Assembly (NCBI GenBank): GCA_001599295.1 | Contig: BCGN01000008.1 | Span: 1,054,001 to 1,118,000 of the forward strand | Direction: 5' to 3' | Length of the DNA stretch: 64,000 nucleotides | Origin: Sporopachydermia quercuum | Lineage: Eukaryota | Part shown: positions 12,375 to 23,405 of the stretch, in pieces | Position numbering within the stretch: the first letter of the stretch is position 1 | Layout of the letters: each line of letters starts with the position of its first letter | Translations under genes and position numbers: made by a program | Notes under the pieces: model-generated | Told to the model about the DNA's origin: nothing | Databases searched by the model: none | Seen by the model: the letters and a program-made list of their open reading frames with translations, nothing else

Positions 12375-13143
12375 TCCGCTAACAGGTATTATGAATAAAT
12401 ACTCCGCTTTTCTTGATGGTCATCATTAGCTTTATCAAGTATTACTTTTCAATCACACTTTTCATCAATTGATTGATAATATAAATGGAACAAATAGCAG
12501 ATATAAATCTGTTCATGTTTGCACAAATATGCACGCCTGTGTATAAAGTACATATTGTAATGAGATACCAAGTNATTAATGTGTAAATATGGTATGTAGA
12601 TGATTAGTGGTTTATTGTCCGGAATTGTTGGTTTGACTACTGAATTACTCGGAGGCCATAAAGGACTTGAAAGGAATAAAATGTATAATATGAAAGTCAC
12701 TCTCAGCTCAATTAAGATGCTATCAATTATTAATTCAGATCTAAGCTATATGTACCATCCGAACACTCGCCGGTACCTCTAATGATCCATCGTTTTCCAG
12801 TCTACTAGAAATCGCTGAACTTACAAAAGAAAAGAAATATCTTAGTTGAATATAAGTATATAAAGCAAATAAAGAAAAAACCAGTGTCAAAAAGAAGAAA
12901 AACAATCAAATCACTTCAAGATATATTTCCATTGTTGTACGAAGAATCTTTCATGATATCAAACTATGTTAGATTAATGAACGCTTAAGTGAATAGTAAT
13001 GCAAACGCTTTTTTTAGACACAGATTTAGGTTCTTATTCTCTTTCTTTTGACCACTCTGATGATTCTGCTGTTTATTATCACCACATCAAAAACACCCTC
13101 AACCAATTTTTTACTGTATCACTCCTAATCCTGGGTCCCTTAT

Positions 13144-13766
13144 CTAATTGAGTGCAGATTCAATGTATTTGCCAAAATCGAAGTTAGGATCTTCCAAGTT
13201 GATGGTGTTAGTAGCAACTTCTTTCTTGGGGCTGAGTTCAGCAAACTTTGCCTTGGCCTCAGCAATCAAGTCTTCTTGATGTTTCCATTCCTTAGCCTTG
13301 TTTGCTTCTTCGACTGCGGCAGCTCTGTTTAATCTGTGAACAAATCCGTAGACAATACCAGCTCCAAGAGCGGACCATCGGAATACCTGTAACGATTTGT
13401 TAGCGAATGTGGTAAAAATATATTTGAGAGATGCAAGTTGGAGTTTCTAAACGATCACCAAAAGTTCAATAGCGGCTCGTTAAGTGTTCTGTTGATGTAT
13501 ATATAGACCAGGAAGGTGCGTCGATTTGTCTGATTGTCTGATTTGTCCCACGATATGATACACATTTCCTTATCATACAAAATCCTAACCTGTCAATATC
13601 TCATCCCTGAAATACTGAAACAAATAACACCTCCGTTCTCACTACTTGACCGAGACAACAATAATCCTTCCTACTTGCCGATTGTTGATTTCGGTTCCAA
13701 TTCATAATTCCATCACATCTTGTGTTATCAACCCATTAATTCACTTACATTGAAAGTAGCAGACAT
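13144..13766 (-). CDS. TIM11: mitochondrial ATP synthase subunit e, 86 aa; exons 13766-13749, 13386-13144 (absent from the ORF track)
   Basis: MSATFN|VFRWSALGAGIVYG (GxxxG transmembrane helix)...LIAEAKAKF...INLEDPNFDF; intron GTAAGT...GCTAAC...CAG. Confidence 0.93.
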
Positions 13767-14442
13767 CTTTGATAATACTCAATTAATCTATGCTTTAGCT
13801 CAACGCAGATTGATTTACTGATATGCTTACTTTAGTTCGTTTATCAACAAGACCATATCTTTTCATCAAGGCATATAGTTCGTCTTCGTCTACCTTTCGT
13901 ATGTAACACCATCCCCTTCGTCCATACAAACATCTCCATAGTGAAAAATTGCTGTAGTCAATTGGCCAATATAACTAATTAATTAGTGCTGAACCTTACG
14001 CTATGTGCTTTTATGTAGTGAATATTTTAGACTTAGATTTATATTTCACATGTAAACTAGAAATTACATACAGTCTTGTGAATTACAGACAACACATCTT
14101 TTTCATTCAGGTCTTTGACGGGGATCTCTGAAGACTGAAATGGCTAGTCTTGGGGTGAGGAAAGTAAGTGGTGTTTGCTGATAACCTTCTGGATATTTAT
14201 CAATTGCACCTTCATGATACCTTCATGATACCGAAGAGATATAAATGGAGATGAATTCGACAAGTGTTTGTAATTAGATTATACAAGGAAGTACCTGCAT
14301 AGTTGTTTGTGTTGCTGTTAAATTGATGATAGCCTTCTTTGTGTCACAACAACAGGTGATCCCATTAGTAAAATCAACTAGGTGCAGCTGGATATCCCTG
14401 TGATTTGTATAGCCGAAGTCAAGCGCGAACAACGGAACTACT

Positions 14443-15072
14443 ATGAAGCTCGTTATTATATCACTACTACTCTTGATCAGCATACTAGAAGTACTGGCAC
14501 AACAGCAGCTTCAAGTTGTACTAATACCTTTAGAGGATGACTTAATTGACAAGCCTTTTACCCTAGGAACCATCACGATAGAAGAACAAGAAAACGATAG
14601 AAACTTTGAATTTACTGCGGACCAATCAGCTAAGAAATGGTCAGTTTTAACCAGCACATTTGAACCAAATCAGTTATTATGTGTCGCTACAGTTTCCGAT
14701 ACTAAATCTGCTGAATGTTTATCTATCGTACGGTTGAGCCAATTTGTAAAAGGTCAAGAGGCCGTTCTAATAATCAACAGAGACGATGACTCAGCCAATG
14801 GCATTAGAGGCATAAGTTTACAAGAACCAGGACCAGAAATAAGCACCACTACAAACAGCAGAGCTGGAAGAAAGAAGATTCTGGATGATACATTTAAAAT
14901 CGATGTAAAAATCGATAAGTATGTTAAGGGATCAACTCCTAAGTTACAGGATCCTATAAAGCTAGTCGATAATCAAGTGAAAGAACCAGCAAAGGAACAA
15001 TCATTTATAGCCAAATACTGGCTATGGTTTGTCATTCCATTTCTCCTTATGGCATTTACTGGTGAAAAATAG
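14443..15072 (+). CDS. EMC10: ER membrane complex subunit 10-like, 209 aa
   Basis: Signal peptide, lumenal domain and C-terminal EQSFIAKYWLWFVIPFLL transmembrane motif typical of EMC10. Confidence 0.7.
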   Translation: MKLVIISLLLLISILEVLAQQQLQVVLIPLEDDLIDKPFTLGTITIEEQENDRNFEFTADQSAKKWSVLTSTFEPNQLLCVATVSDTKSAECLSIVRLSQFVKGQEAVLIINRDDDSANGIRGISLQEPGPEISTTTNSRAGRKKILDDTFKIDVKIDKYVKGSTPKLQDPIKLVDNQVKEPAKEQSFIAKYWLWFVIPFLLMAFTGEK

Positions 15073-15532
15073 GTTTGGTGAGAAGTTTATCCCGAATAAA
15101 AAATACGAATTTTAGTTATGAGTGTTGTTATTGTAAGTACGACGGTCATGATAGGAATAACAGGCATTGTTAGTAGTATGGTATTGTCTTCTGACAAATC
15201 AATTAATAGTTTTCAATGAGAATAATTCGATTTATTGAAATGTGAGATAACAAATACGACAACCTGCTTTATAAAGATTAATGTGTTATAGGGTTTCTTG
15301 AAAGCTGATGGTAGGATTCACATTCGTAGTGCCTACAATATACATTAGAGCATCTAATGTTGCATACATAATGTGAAGATTACTTTTTCGGCACTAAGCT
15401 TTATTACACACTCTTTCAAGAAGCCCTTTTGGATAGTATTATATTCTCTATATACCTGTTAATACCTTTCTACCCATCTTGTCAATATTGTTATTCTCCC
15501 AATACATGTTCCTTTATAGTTTCAACTAATAA

Positions 15533-18526
15533 TCAATGATTTCTCAACCAAGTTGACAACCCTATAACGTCGTTCTTGAATTTTTGTCTACTACCCAATA
15601 ACAAATCAATCATTTCTAACACCAATTTATTAACATCATCAGACTCTTTGATATCTAGTTTGAACTCAGCTCTGATTTTCTCAACGGTCACACATTCATA
15701 TGGGACAACAGCAGCAACTACTTCAACCACTTTAGAGCTACCTGTCAGCTTATTTCTGACCAGTAAGCTTGTTTTCAAAATTTCATAGTGTTGTAGAATT
15801 ATCTTATACACCAGAGAAACTGCCTTATTGGAGGTTTGATGATAGCCAATTGATGTGACTAGTGTATTAACAGGTAGATTCTCACTGCCTGGCTTGGTAC
15901 TTCGCAAAGTATCAAAGAAAAGTTTCAGTCCTTTTTCAACCATTTTCAAATCCTTGCTGTAAGTCATTGCTTCGGCTGCAATACCGGATAAAGGTCCAAC
16001 TCTTTCAGCATTTGAAGGAAAAGCCAGGTGCATCAATTGAGTCCATTCTCGCTTAGATCCATTATAAACAGCACCATTAAATAAAGCTTGAAGCAAAGGT
16101 AATCTGATTTTTGCCATATCAATATCATCAGACATGTATGCTGAATATCCTCGTTTGTAAACAACCAAAGTGTCCTTACAATCCAAACGAACGGCCAACA
16201 ATGCTTCCCGTAGGTCAGAAAGAGCAGAATGTTCATATTGAATCGTACTGTTTCTAGCAAAATATCCTTCTGAAGTCCAATCAAGACTATTGAATACTCT
16301 ATTAGTACTATTGGTGATGAACACTCTATATTTTACCAACAGTCCTGAATCTGAGCAGTTGTATATTATATAATTACGAACCTGAACCAAGTACTGACAA
16401 ATAACTGACCATAAATATGGCTGATCTTTCCTACCCTTAATAGATAGAATAAGATCTAATACTGAGGATATCTGCTTGCTATTCTTATCTCTAGCACTAG
16501 TAGGTTCAATAGAAGTATCAAAATGAACAGCTCTAGACAGAAATTCAGCCAAATCTTTGAACAGTCCTACTAGAGTTGCTTCTGGAATGTTTTGTATATT
16601 TGCTCTCACGTTGTCGGCAAACTGATCAATGGCATAATACACTCTATAAATTCCTATTCTGTTGTAATTCAATGAAAGTAGCTTCTCTTCTTTCTTCAAC
16701 GGAAGAACTAGCTGTCGTGTGGTTAAGAGAAATGTCTTAATTCCATCAGTAGTAAGCATTGTGATTGGAATAGGATATATGATATCATTCTCATCAACTT
16801 CAGGTGTTGTACTAGAAGCATCCTCTTGAGCTTCTTGTTCGAAGAACTTGTCACTGAAATATCTATGCTGTGTTAAAGAAAGTGTTTGATCATCACTATC
16901 ATAACTTGCTTTAAGGATAGGATAACCTGGAGCATGTGTCCATTTGTGAATATATTTGCTAATTTCTGGCTTTTTACTATCAGAAAGATGCTTATCCAAA
17001 TATTTCCATAGTTGAAACGCTTTCACTGATTGGTTAGCATTATCTTCAAGGAAGCTATTAATAGTCCGGAGAAACACTTTATAACCTTCTGATGTTTCGT
17101 CGATACGATCAGATTTGTCTAAATAGTTTGCAAACATCCTCAGAAAATAAAGACCTTTGTAATAAGCGTTCATATTATATACTTCGTTCTTAGTTTTGGC
17201 ATCTGCATTATTCTTCGCAATAATGACTCCTGAATTGATACCATCATCAATAAACACATCGCGATCAAGCATGTTATCAAAATCACTATTAAGATTTAAC
17301 CAAACGTCTCCATATTCATATTTGAACTTTGGTTTATTTTTTTCTGTCACTACATTAGCTAACCAAGTAGCAAATGCTTCGTTGAGCCACATTCCTTCCC
17401 AAGAATCAAAAGAAAAGTAATTGCCAAACCATTGGTGCACTAAAATATGTGTGAGGACATCCTGAAGACGTCTTGCTGTTGTAGGATTAACAGAGCTACC
17501 AATAGCCATAGCCTGGCCTGGTTGAGCTAATACTGCTTCACTACATGTTAGGAGACCCCAGTTTTCCATGGCACCGTCTGCTAGTTGAGGAACAACTATC
17601 AAATCCACTTTTTTCAAAGGAAAGGAAGCATCAAACAGTTCCAAAAGGGTTTCTAAAGATTGTTCTAAAACCTCAAGTGACTTTTTTGCCTCTAATTCAA
17701 ACCCTTTTCGCGAATACACACTTAGCTTTGGCTCTGTTCTACTGCTGGTAACCGAGGAAAAGTTCCCAACAGCAAGGCCTAAAACTTTGATGGACATTGA
17801 GGGTGATTTGGCAAAACACCATACGTTTTTATTCTTGCCATTCACAGTTTCAGGAATGACCCTTCTCACCGCCATAGATGATACAACAGTATATTCTTCA
17901 TCACATATGACATTCAGTTGAAAACTGGCACGAGCAGCCGGTTCATCAATGCATGGAATGACCTGCTTACCAAAGAATGGTTGCAAATGTGATGCAATAA
18001 TCCATTTATCATCATGAATAGAAGTACGAAACAGACCCTCGGTTGGTTCCCCTGGTTTTTGAGCCAATGACACATTACCCAAGTATGAGATGTCGAGATA
18101 CAATGTTGATGCATCTTTATTAACTGTATAGAAATCAACTAGTTTAGATGAATTTTCGGAACCCAGCGTAAAACTGACGGTCTCCTTTGAAGTGTCCTGT
18201 TTAACAACAGCTTTTAATTTCAATACTTCTGTTTCATCCTCTTCAATAGGTAATATCTCTGTGTCACCCAATGCTTCTCTTAGCTCTATCCCTGTGTTTG
18301 ATGCCAGTCTAAAGAATGCTTGTCGTATCACTAACTTCTTACTGTGTAATTGAACGGAAAATCCTGTTTCTGCACAAGAATTTAATTCTACATCAGTATA
18401 AGCTGGTGAGATCTTCAAAGCAATAGCAGCCTCAGCTGTGAATACCTTTGCCCTCGGATCCAAGTTGAATTCGATACCGTAGTTTGAAGGGATGAATAGG
18501 TTGGACACCTGGAGACTTGAAGACAT
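15533..18526 (-). CDS. M1-family aminopeptidase-like protein (Ape2/Aap1/Tma108 group) with a degenerate active site, 997 aa
   Basis: PCIDEP, GAMENWGL, HILVHQWFGN...WLNEAFATW, YYKG and WT..PGYP. ATG at 18526. Confidence 0.88.
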   Translation of the reverse strand: MSSSLQVSNLFIPSNYGIEFNLDPRAKVFTAEAAIALKISPAYTDVELNSCAETGFSVQLHSKKLVIRQAFFRLASNTGIELREALGDTEILPIEEDETEVLKLKAVVKQDTSKETVSFTLGSENSSKLVDFYTVNKDASTLYLDISYLGNVSLAQKPGEPTEGLFRTSIHDDKWIIASHLQPFFGKQVIPCIDEPAARASFQLNVICDEEYTVVSSMAVRRVIPETVNGKNKNVWCFAKSPSMSIKVLGLAVGNFSSVTSSRTEPKLSVYSRKGFELEAKKSLEVLEQSLETLLELFDASFPLKKVDLIVVPQLADGAMENWGLLTCSEAVLAQPGQAMAIGSSVNPTTARRLQDVLTHILVHQWFGNYFSFDSWEGMWLNEAFATWLANVVTEKNKPKFKYEYGDVWLNLNSDFDNMLDRDVFIDDGINSGVIIAKNNADAKTKNEVYNMNAYYKGLYFLRMFANYLDKSDRIDETSEGYKVFLRTINSFLEDNANQSVKAFQLWKYLDKHLSDSKKPEISKYIHKWTHAPGYPILKASYDSDDQTLSLTQHRYFSDKFFEQEAQEDASSTTPEVDENDIIYPIPITMLTTDGIKTFLLTTRQLVLPLKKEEKLLSLNYNRIGIYRVYYAIDQFADNVRANIQNIPEATLVGLFKDLAEFLSRAVHFDTSIEPTSARDKNSKQISSVLDLILSIKGRKDQPYLWSVICQYLVQVRNYIIYNCSDSGLLVKYRVFITNSTNRVFNSLDWTSEGYFARNSTIQYEHSALSDLREALLAVRLDCKDTLVVYKRGYSAYMSDDIDMAKIRLPLLQALFNGAVYNGSKREWTQLMHLAFPSNAERVGPLSGIAAEAMTYSKDLKMVEKGLKLFFDTLRSTKPGSENLPVNTLVTSIGYHQTSNKAVSLVYKIILQHYEILKTSLLVRNKLTGSSKVVEVVAAVVPYECVTVEKIRAEFKLDIKESDDVNKLVLEMIDLLLGSRQKFKNDVIGLSTWLRNH

Positions 18527-19067
18527 CACAGATACTATCCGTTTGGTATTATGGTCAACAAAGCCAGAAAGTTAGTTTCGCCTTGGTATACAACAATTCA
18601 AGTTCTAATCAGAAACATAAAATGGGACAGCCCTATTATAGCAATAGGATAGATAACATACAAGAAGAAGAGCCACTTGAAAAGCATCAAATCACAACTT
18701 GAAGACACACAATTGAGATCTGAAAATCTTCGTAAACCTAATTCACATTTCCCATACAAATAACGTTTTGGGTCGCCTTCCTAATAGGGACTTAAAGTTG
18801 ACTTGTTCAAGATTTTAGTATCTTGTGACCCTCCCCCTCCAGACAGCAAACCTTTGGCATTTCTGAATTACGGAAGTAATACTGATACATCAATAGCTAT
18901 ATCCTTTCCTTTTCTCTCCTTCCTCTTGGTCTTCCTTCCACCTGTTCACATCTTCACCATTTGATATGATGAATAAGTGACATAACTCCTGCAGATACAA
19001 CGTATCGCACTCTCAAATAAACCTCAATTCTTGCTAACCAGTTTATTTATATACAAGTATCCTTACA

Positions 19068-21491
19068 ATGGACAGGTTTGGCTTTGGAAGAGGAGGCGGA
19101 AGCGGAAGCGGCGGTTCACCTAACTCAGGAAGTGAATCTCCTTATCCTAATAATAACCAGAACAGTTCATCCTCAAGCAACATTATCCCTAAATTCATGA
19201 AAGCTCATCATGACATCTCTGTTCCTAAACTGAGACGTAACGAGCCTGAACACGTTCTGAAAGCAGCAAATTGTCCTAATAATACTTTTGCCTTAAGCAA
19301 CGTGTTAGCTGTCAATCCTCATGATGGGTTCAAAGACGGACAATATGTCATCTGTGATAACTTGTACGTTTTAACGGTTAAAGCAACTAATGAAGTTGCT
19401 CCTGGAACTGTTGGTGCTAATGGTAATCAGAGATTGTGGCTTGGTTGGAGTTTGAATCAAGATGTATCTTTAAAATCATTTGATTTATTTGCATCAACGG
19501 GTAAACAGGCATACTTGGGTACATTAAACGTGGAGATCAATTTCAGATCAAAAAACAAAGCAACTGACACTCCATTTGATCAAGATGAGTTAAGCAAAGT
19601 GTTCATAAGCAATTTTGAAAGCCAAATCTTCCAACCATCTCAAGTAATCATTATGGATTTCAAAGGTGTAATTTTTGAAGTGACAGTTAAAGGTGTTCAA
19701 GTTATTGACCTAAGTGATATTTCAGCTTCAGCGGGTGCAGGTTTGTCAGGAAATGTCTCTTCTAATATAATGACAAAGGGGATTCTTGTCAAGCAGACCC
19801 AGATAAATTTTTTTAAAGGTCGTGATGGATTAGTGAATTTGAAGTCTTCAAGTATTCGTCCTAGAGCTGATGCTATCATTAGACCAGATTTCAAGTTCGA
19901 AGATATGGGTATCGGCGGTCTTGATGAAGAATTCACTTCAATTTTCCGTAGAGCTTTTGCTTCAAGAATTTTCCCTCCTGCGTTGATTGAAAAGCTTGGT
20001 ATTCAACATGTGAAAGGTTTATTGTTGTTTGGTCCCCCTGGTACTGGTAAAACATTGATTGCCCGTAGAATTGGTACTATGTTAAATGCCAAAGAGCCGA
20101 AGATTGTCAACGGACCTGAAATCTTGAGTAAATATGTCGGATCTTCTGAAGAGAACATCAGAAATCTGTTCAAAGATGCCGAAGCTGAGTATAAAGCTAA
20201 AGGAGAGGATTCTTCTCTTCATATTATTATATTTGACGAGTTGGACTCTGTTTTCAAACAAAGAGGAAGTCGTGGTGACGGTACTGGTGTTGCTGACAAT
20301 GTAGTGAATCAGTTATTAGCGAAAATGGATGGTGTCGATCAGCTAAACAACATATTGGTTATTGGTATGACCAATAGGAAAGATTTGATTGATTCTGCAT
20401 TGTTAAGACCTGGTAGATTTGAAGTCCAAGTGGAAATCTCTTTGCCTGATGAGAAAGGTAGAAAGCAGATTTTGGAGATCAAAACCAAGAAAATGCACGA
20501 GTCGAAGATGCTGGCTAAAGATGTCGATCTCGGTGAATTAGCAGCTTTATCCAAGAATTTTTCTGGAGCTGAGATTGAAGGGTTGGTTAAGTCTGCTACA
20601 TCTTTTGCAATCAATAGACATATTAAAGTTGGATCTGTAGCAGCAATCTCGGACGATGTAAAGAACATGAAGGTTACCCGTGATGATTTCCTACGAGCTC
20701 TCGGGGAAGTTGAACCAGCCTTTGGTGTCAATGAAGAAGAACTAGAATCATACATTAGATCGGGTATTATCCCGTACTCACCAATAATCAGTGATATACT
20801 CAAAACAGGTAAAGTGTATGTGAGACAAGTAAAGGAATCCAAGGACGCTGATTTGGTATCAGTTTTAATGCATGGACCTGAAAGTTCTGGCAAAACTGCA
20901 TTAGCAGCAAAGATCGCCTTGGATAGTGAGTTCCCATTAGTGAGATTTATATCCGCGGAGGCTACCGTTGGCATGAGTGAAGCAGCAAGAGTTACTTATA
21001 TAGATAATACTTTCAGAGACTGTTATAGAAGTCCTTTGAATGTACTGGTTATCGATAGTATCGAGTCGTTAGTTGATTGGGTTCCGATTGGACCAAGATT
21101 CTCAAACGCTGTACTACAAACGCTTAAAGTCTGTTTAAAGAAAAGACCACCAAAAGGGAAAAGACTGTTACTAATTTCTACGACTTCGACGTATTCTGTT
21201 TTGGCTCAAATGGATTTGTTGTCATGTTTTGGTGATGAGGTGGCTGTGCCAAATGTCAAGTCCTATGATGAACTACGTAGTGTTATGGATCAGATGGATT
21301 ATTTGACACCTGAATCAAGAGATAAGATTGTCACCACACTTGCTGAGCAAACAGGATTAGATCAAATCAACGTTGGTATCAAGCGTATTCTTGCTAATCT
21401 GAAAACAGCTGCCTATGATTTGGATCCCGAGAATGAAGCTGTTGAGCTACTAGCAAGATCTATGGCATCATCGCCATTGAACAGGGTCTGA
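19068..21491 (+). CDS. SEC18: NSF/Sec18 AAA ATPase, 807 aa
   Basis: GIGGLDEEF..IFRRAFASR, GPPGTGKT, IIFDELD, VVNQLLAKMDGV, LRPGRFEV and D2 Walker A GPESSGKT. Confidence 0.98.
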   Translation: MDRFGFGRGGGSGSGGSPNSGSESPYPNNNQNSSSSSNIIPKFMKAHHDISVPKLRRNEPEHVLKAANCPNNTFALSNVLAVNPHDGFKDGQYVICDNLYVLTVKATNEVAPGTVGANGNQRLWLGWSLNQDVSLKSFDLFASTGKQAYLGTLNVEINFRSKNKATDTPFDQDELSKVFISNFESQIFQPSQVIIMDFKGVIFEVTVKGVQVIDLSDISASAGAGLSGNVSSNIMTKGILVKQTQINFFKGRDGLVNLKSSSIRPRADAIIRPDFKFEDMGIGGLDEEFTSIFRRAFASRIFPPALIEKLGIQHVKGLLLFGPPGTGKTLIARRIGTMLNAKEPKIVNGPEILSKYVGSSEENIRNLFKDAEAEYKAKGEDSSLHIIIFDELDSVFKQRGSRGDGTGVADNVVNQLLAKMDGVDQLNNILVIGMTNRKDLIDSALLRPGRFEVQVEISLPDEKGRKQILEIKTKKMHESKMLAKDVDLGELAALSKNFSGAEIEGLVKSATSFAINRHIKVGSVAAISDDVKNMKVTRDDFLRALGEVEPAFGVNEEELESYIRSGIIPYSPIISDILKTGKVYVRQVKESKDADLVSVLMHGPESSGKTALAAKIALDSEFPLVRFISAEATVGMSEAARVTYIDNTFRDCYRSPLNVLVIDSIESLVDWVPIGPRFSNAVLQTLKVCLKKRPPKGKRLLLISTTSTYSVLAQMDLLSCFGDEVAVPNVKSYDELRSVMDQMDYLTPESRDKIVTTLAEQTGLDQINVGIKRILANLKTAAYDLDPENEAVELLARSMASSPLNRV

Positions 21492-22378
21492 GTTTTAGAT
21501 TGTAATAGCTGCCTAGGGATTAACTGGTCAATTTAGATGTAAATACTATACTAATAGGGAGATTGTACGAATTTCATAAATTCGATGAATATTTGCTTAC
21601 GTGATGTTTAAACCTCCGTAGAACTATTTTATGATTATGCTAGATAGAAGTTTCACCAGTTGCTGCCAGGAGTCAATGCGCACACTACTTTGAAAAAGTT
21701 ATTAAGGAGGAAAAAATTGAAAAAGAGTGTTCCCATATATGTTCTGCAATTAAAAAATTTATTCTTTCTCTTATTGACGGCATTTTTGGACCACTTTTGC
21801 TTCACCATTTCTCTTTCTTTCCTAGCTTTGGAGCTTTCACAGCAACAACAAAACGGAGAAAATAACTTTCTCCACATATTCTCCGTGTTTCGCCTCTTAC
21901 CTTCCAGCATCTTCTCCTATTTTCGAAGATTCACATGTACATATAAATCTTTCACAAGTCTACCTTTATCTAACCTAACACTCACTGAACAAAAAAAACA
22001 ATATATCATTCTAATCAATCATTATGCGCTGGCAGTTATCAACTGATAGCTAACTTGTCAGATGACTGTTTTCTGGTCTGCAGGTCATATTAACGCTATT
22101 ATTGGAATAAAGACAATTGAACATTTGCTTTGTTGGCTGTCGAACTTCCAAGAACGTTAAAACGGTTGCTACTGATTCTCACGGTCATCATCCTAAAGTA
22201 CATGGAAGCATATCTGGATTGATAGGTGGTATAAAACATACGCCTTACAATTAATTGCTGGTTCAACTGGAAATATCTACTGGATTTGTACTTACATTCC
22301 TTAGTTGCAAGAGATCATCATCTGTTGCATTGGATAATCAAGGCCGTGACAACTGAAGTGTACCAGTGAATATCCATA

Positions 22379-23405
22379 ATGGCAGAAGCAAGGAAAATGT
22401 GTAGAATCTGCCTCGGGCTAGAAGGTGACGATGATGATGATTTAAAACCTATGATTTCTCCTTGTCGTTGTAAAGGAACTAGTAAATATGTTCATGCTGG
22501 TTGTTTACAAGAATGGAGGAAGAACGTGAATGGTACGAGCAATTTCTATGAATGTGCTGCTTGTCACTATCGTTATAAGCTGAATAGAACCCCGTTAGCT
22601 GAGTTTCTATTGTCTAAATGTAAGTATGGGTTGGGTAGAGATCATGAATGAAATGCTTTAGATCATTTATGAGGAATATCACTAACATGGTTTTCCAGCC
22701 TTCAGAATCCTTTTATCCATAGCAGTTTTACTTTTAGCAGTGTTTTTGATGGGATTCATCTCTAGGCCTTTCTTGAGTACATTCTTAACCAGCAAAGAGA
22801 TCAATTATCTGGTAAATGCTCCCTTGAAATTCGCCGGTTTTGGTGGAAATGGCGGTTATAGAAATGCGGACACCTTCCATAGTATATTTGACAATGATAT
22901 GGAAACGTTCCAAGTGGGTGGCCAGACGGTATATGTCTCCTTTGGTGGTTCTGTTTTTGGTAGTCTAGCATTTGATTTGCTTTCTGCTATATATTCATCC
23001 ACTATTGGAAGGCTTTTTGGTTCAAACAGAGGAGGCGACGATGAGGTTGGTGATACCATGAGGATTGTGAACAATGGTCCTATTGGACAATCTACTTGGG
23101 CTGAGCATTTCATTATGGGGCTGTTCTCTCTTTCAATAATAGGTGCTGGNAAATTTGCATTAGGCCCACTGGGCTTGGATTTCTTGCGAACTATGAGGAT
23201 TCGAAGAAGACGTGATGCAAGTCAAGCAACCGTGTTCTTCGTAATCTTCATGATACTATTAGGATTTTTCAGAATAGTTCAAATGATCTGGACCAATAGT
23301 GAGTATATTAGTAGATGGATAGCAAGAGTAACTGTAAAAAGTATCCTCGAAGACGTCCCTCAAAACTTCGAGGAGGTTGTTGATAATCATGAGCATGTTG
23401 AATAA
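22379..23405 (+). CDS. RING-CH (RINGv) membrane protein, putative E3 ligase, 315 aa; exons 22379-22619, 22699-23405
   Basis: CRIC...SPCRCKGTSKYVHAGCLQEW...CAAC. The intron GTAAGT...ACTAAC...CAG fuses two ORF-track fragments in frame; several hydrophobic segments follow. Confidence 0.88.

Noticed and set aside
21653..22046. ORFs including MWRKLFSPFCCCCESSK
   Set aside because: They are a by-product of the pyrimidine-rich leader of the RING-CH gene; no family is recognisable.
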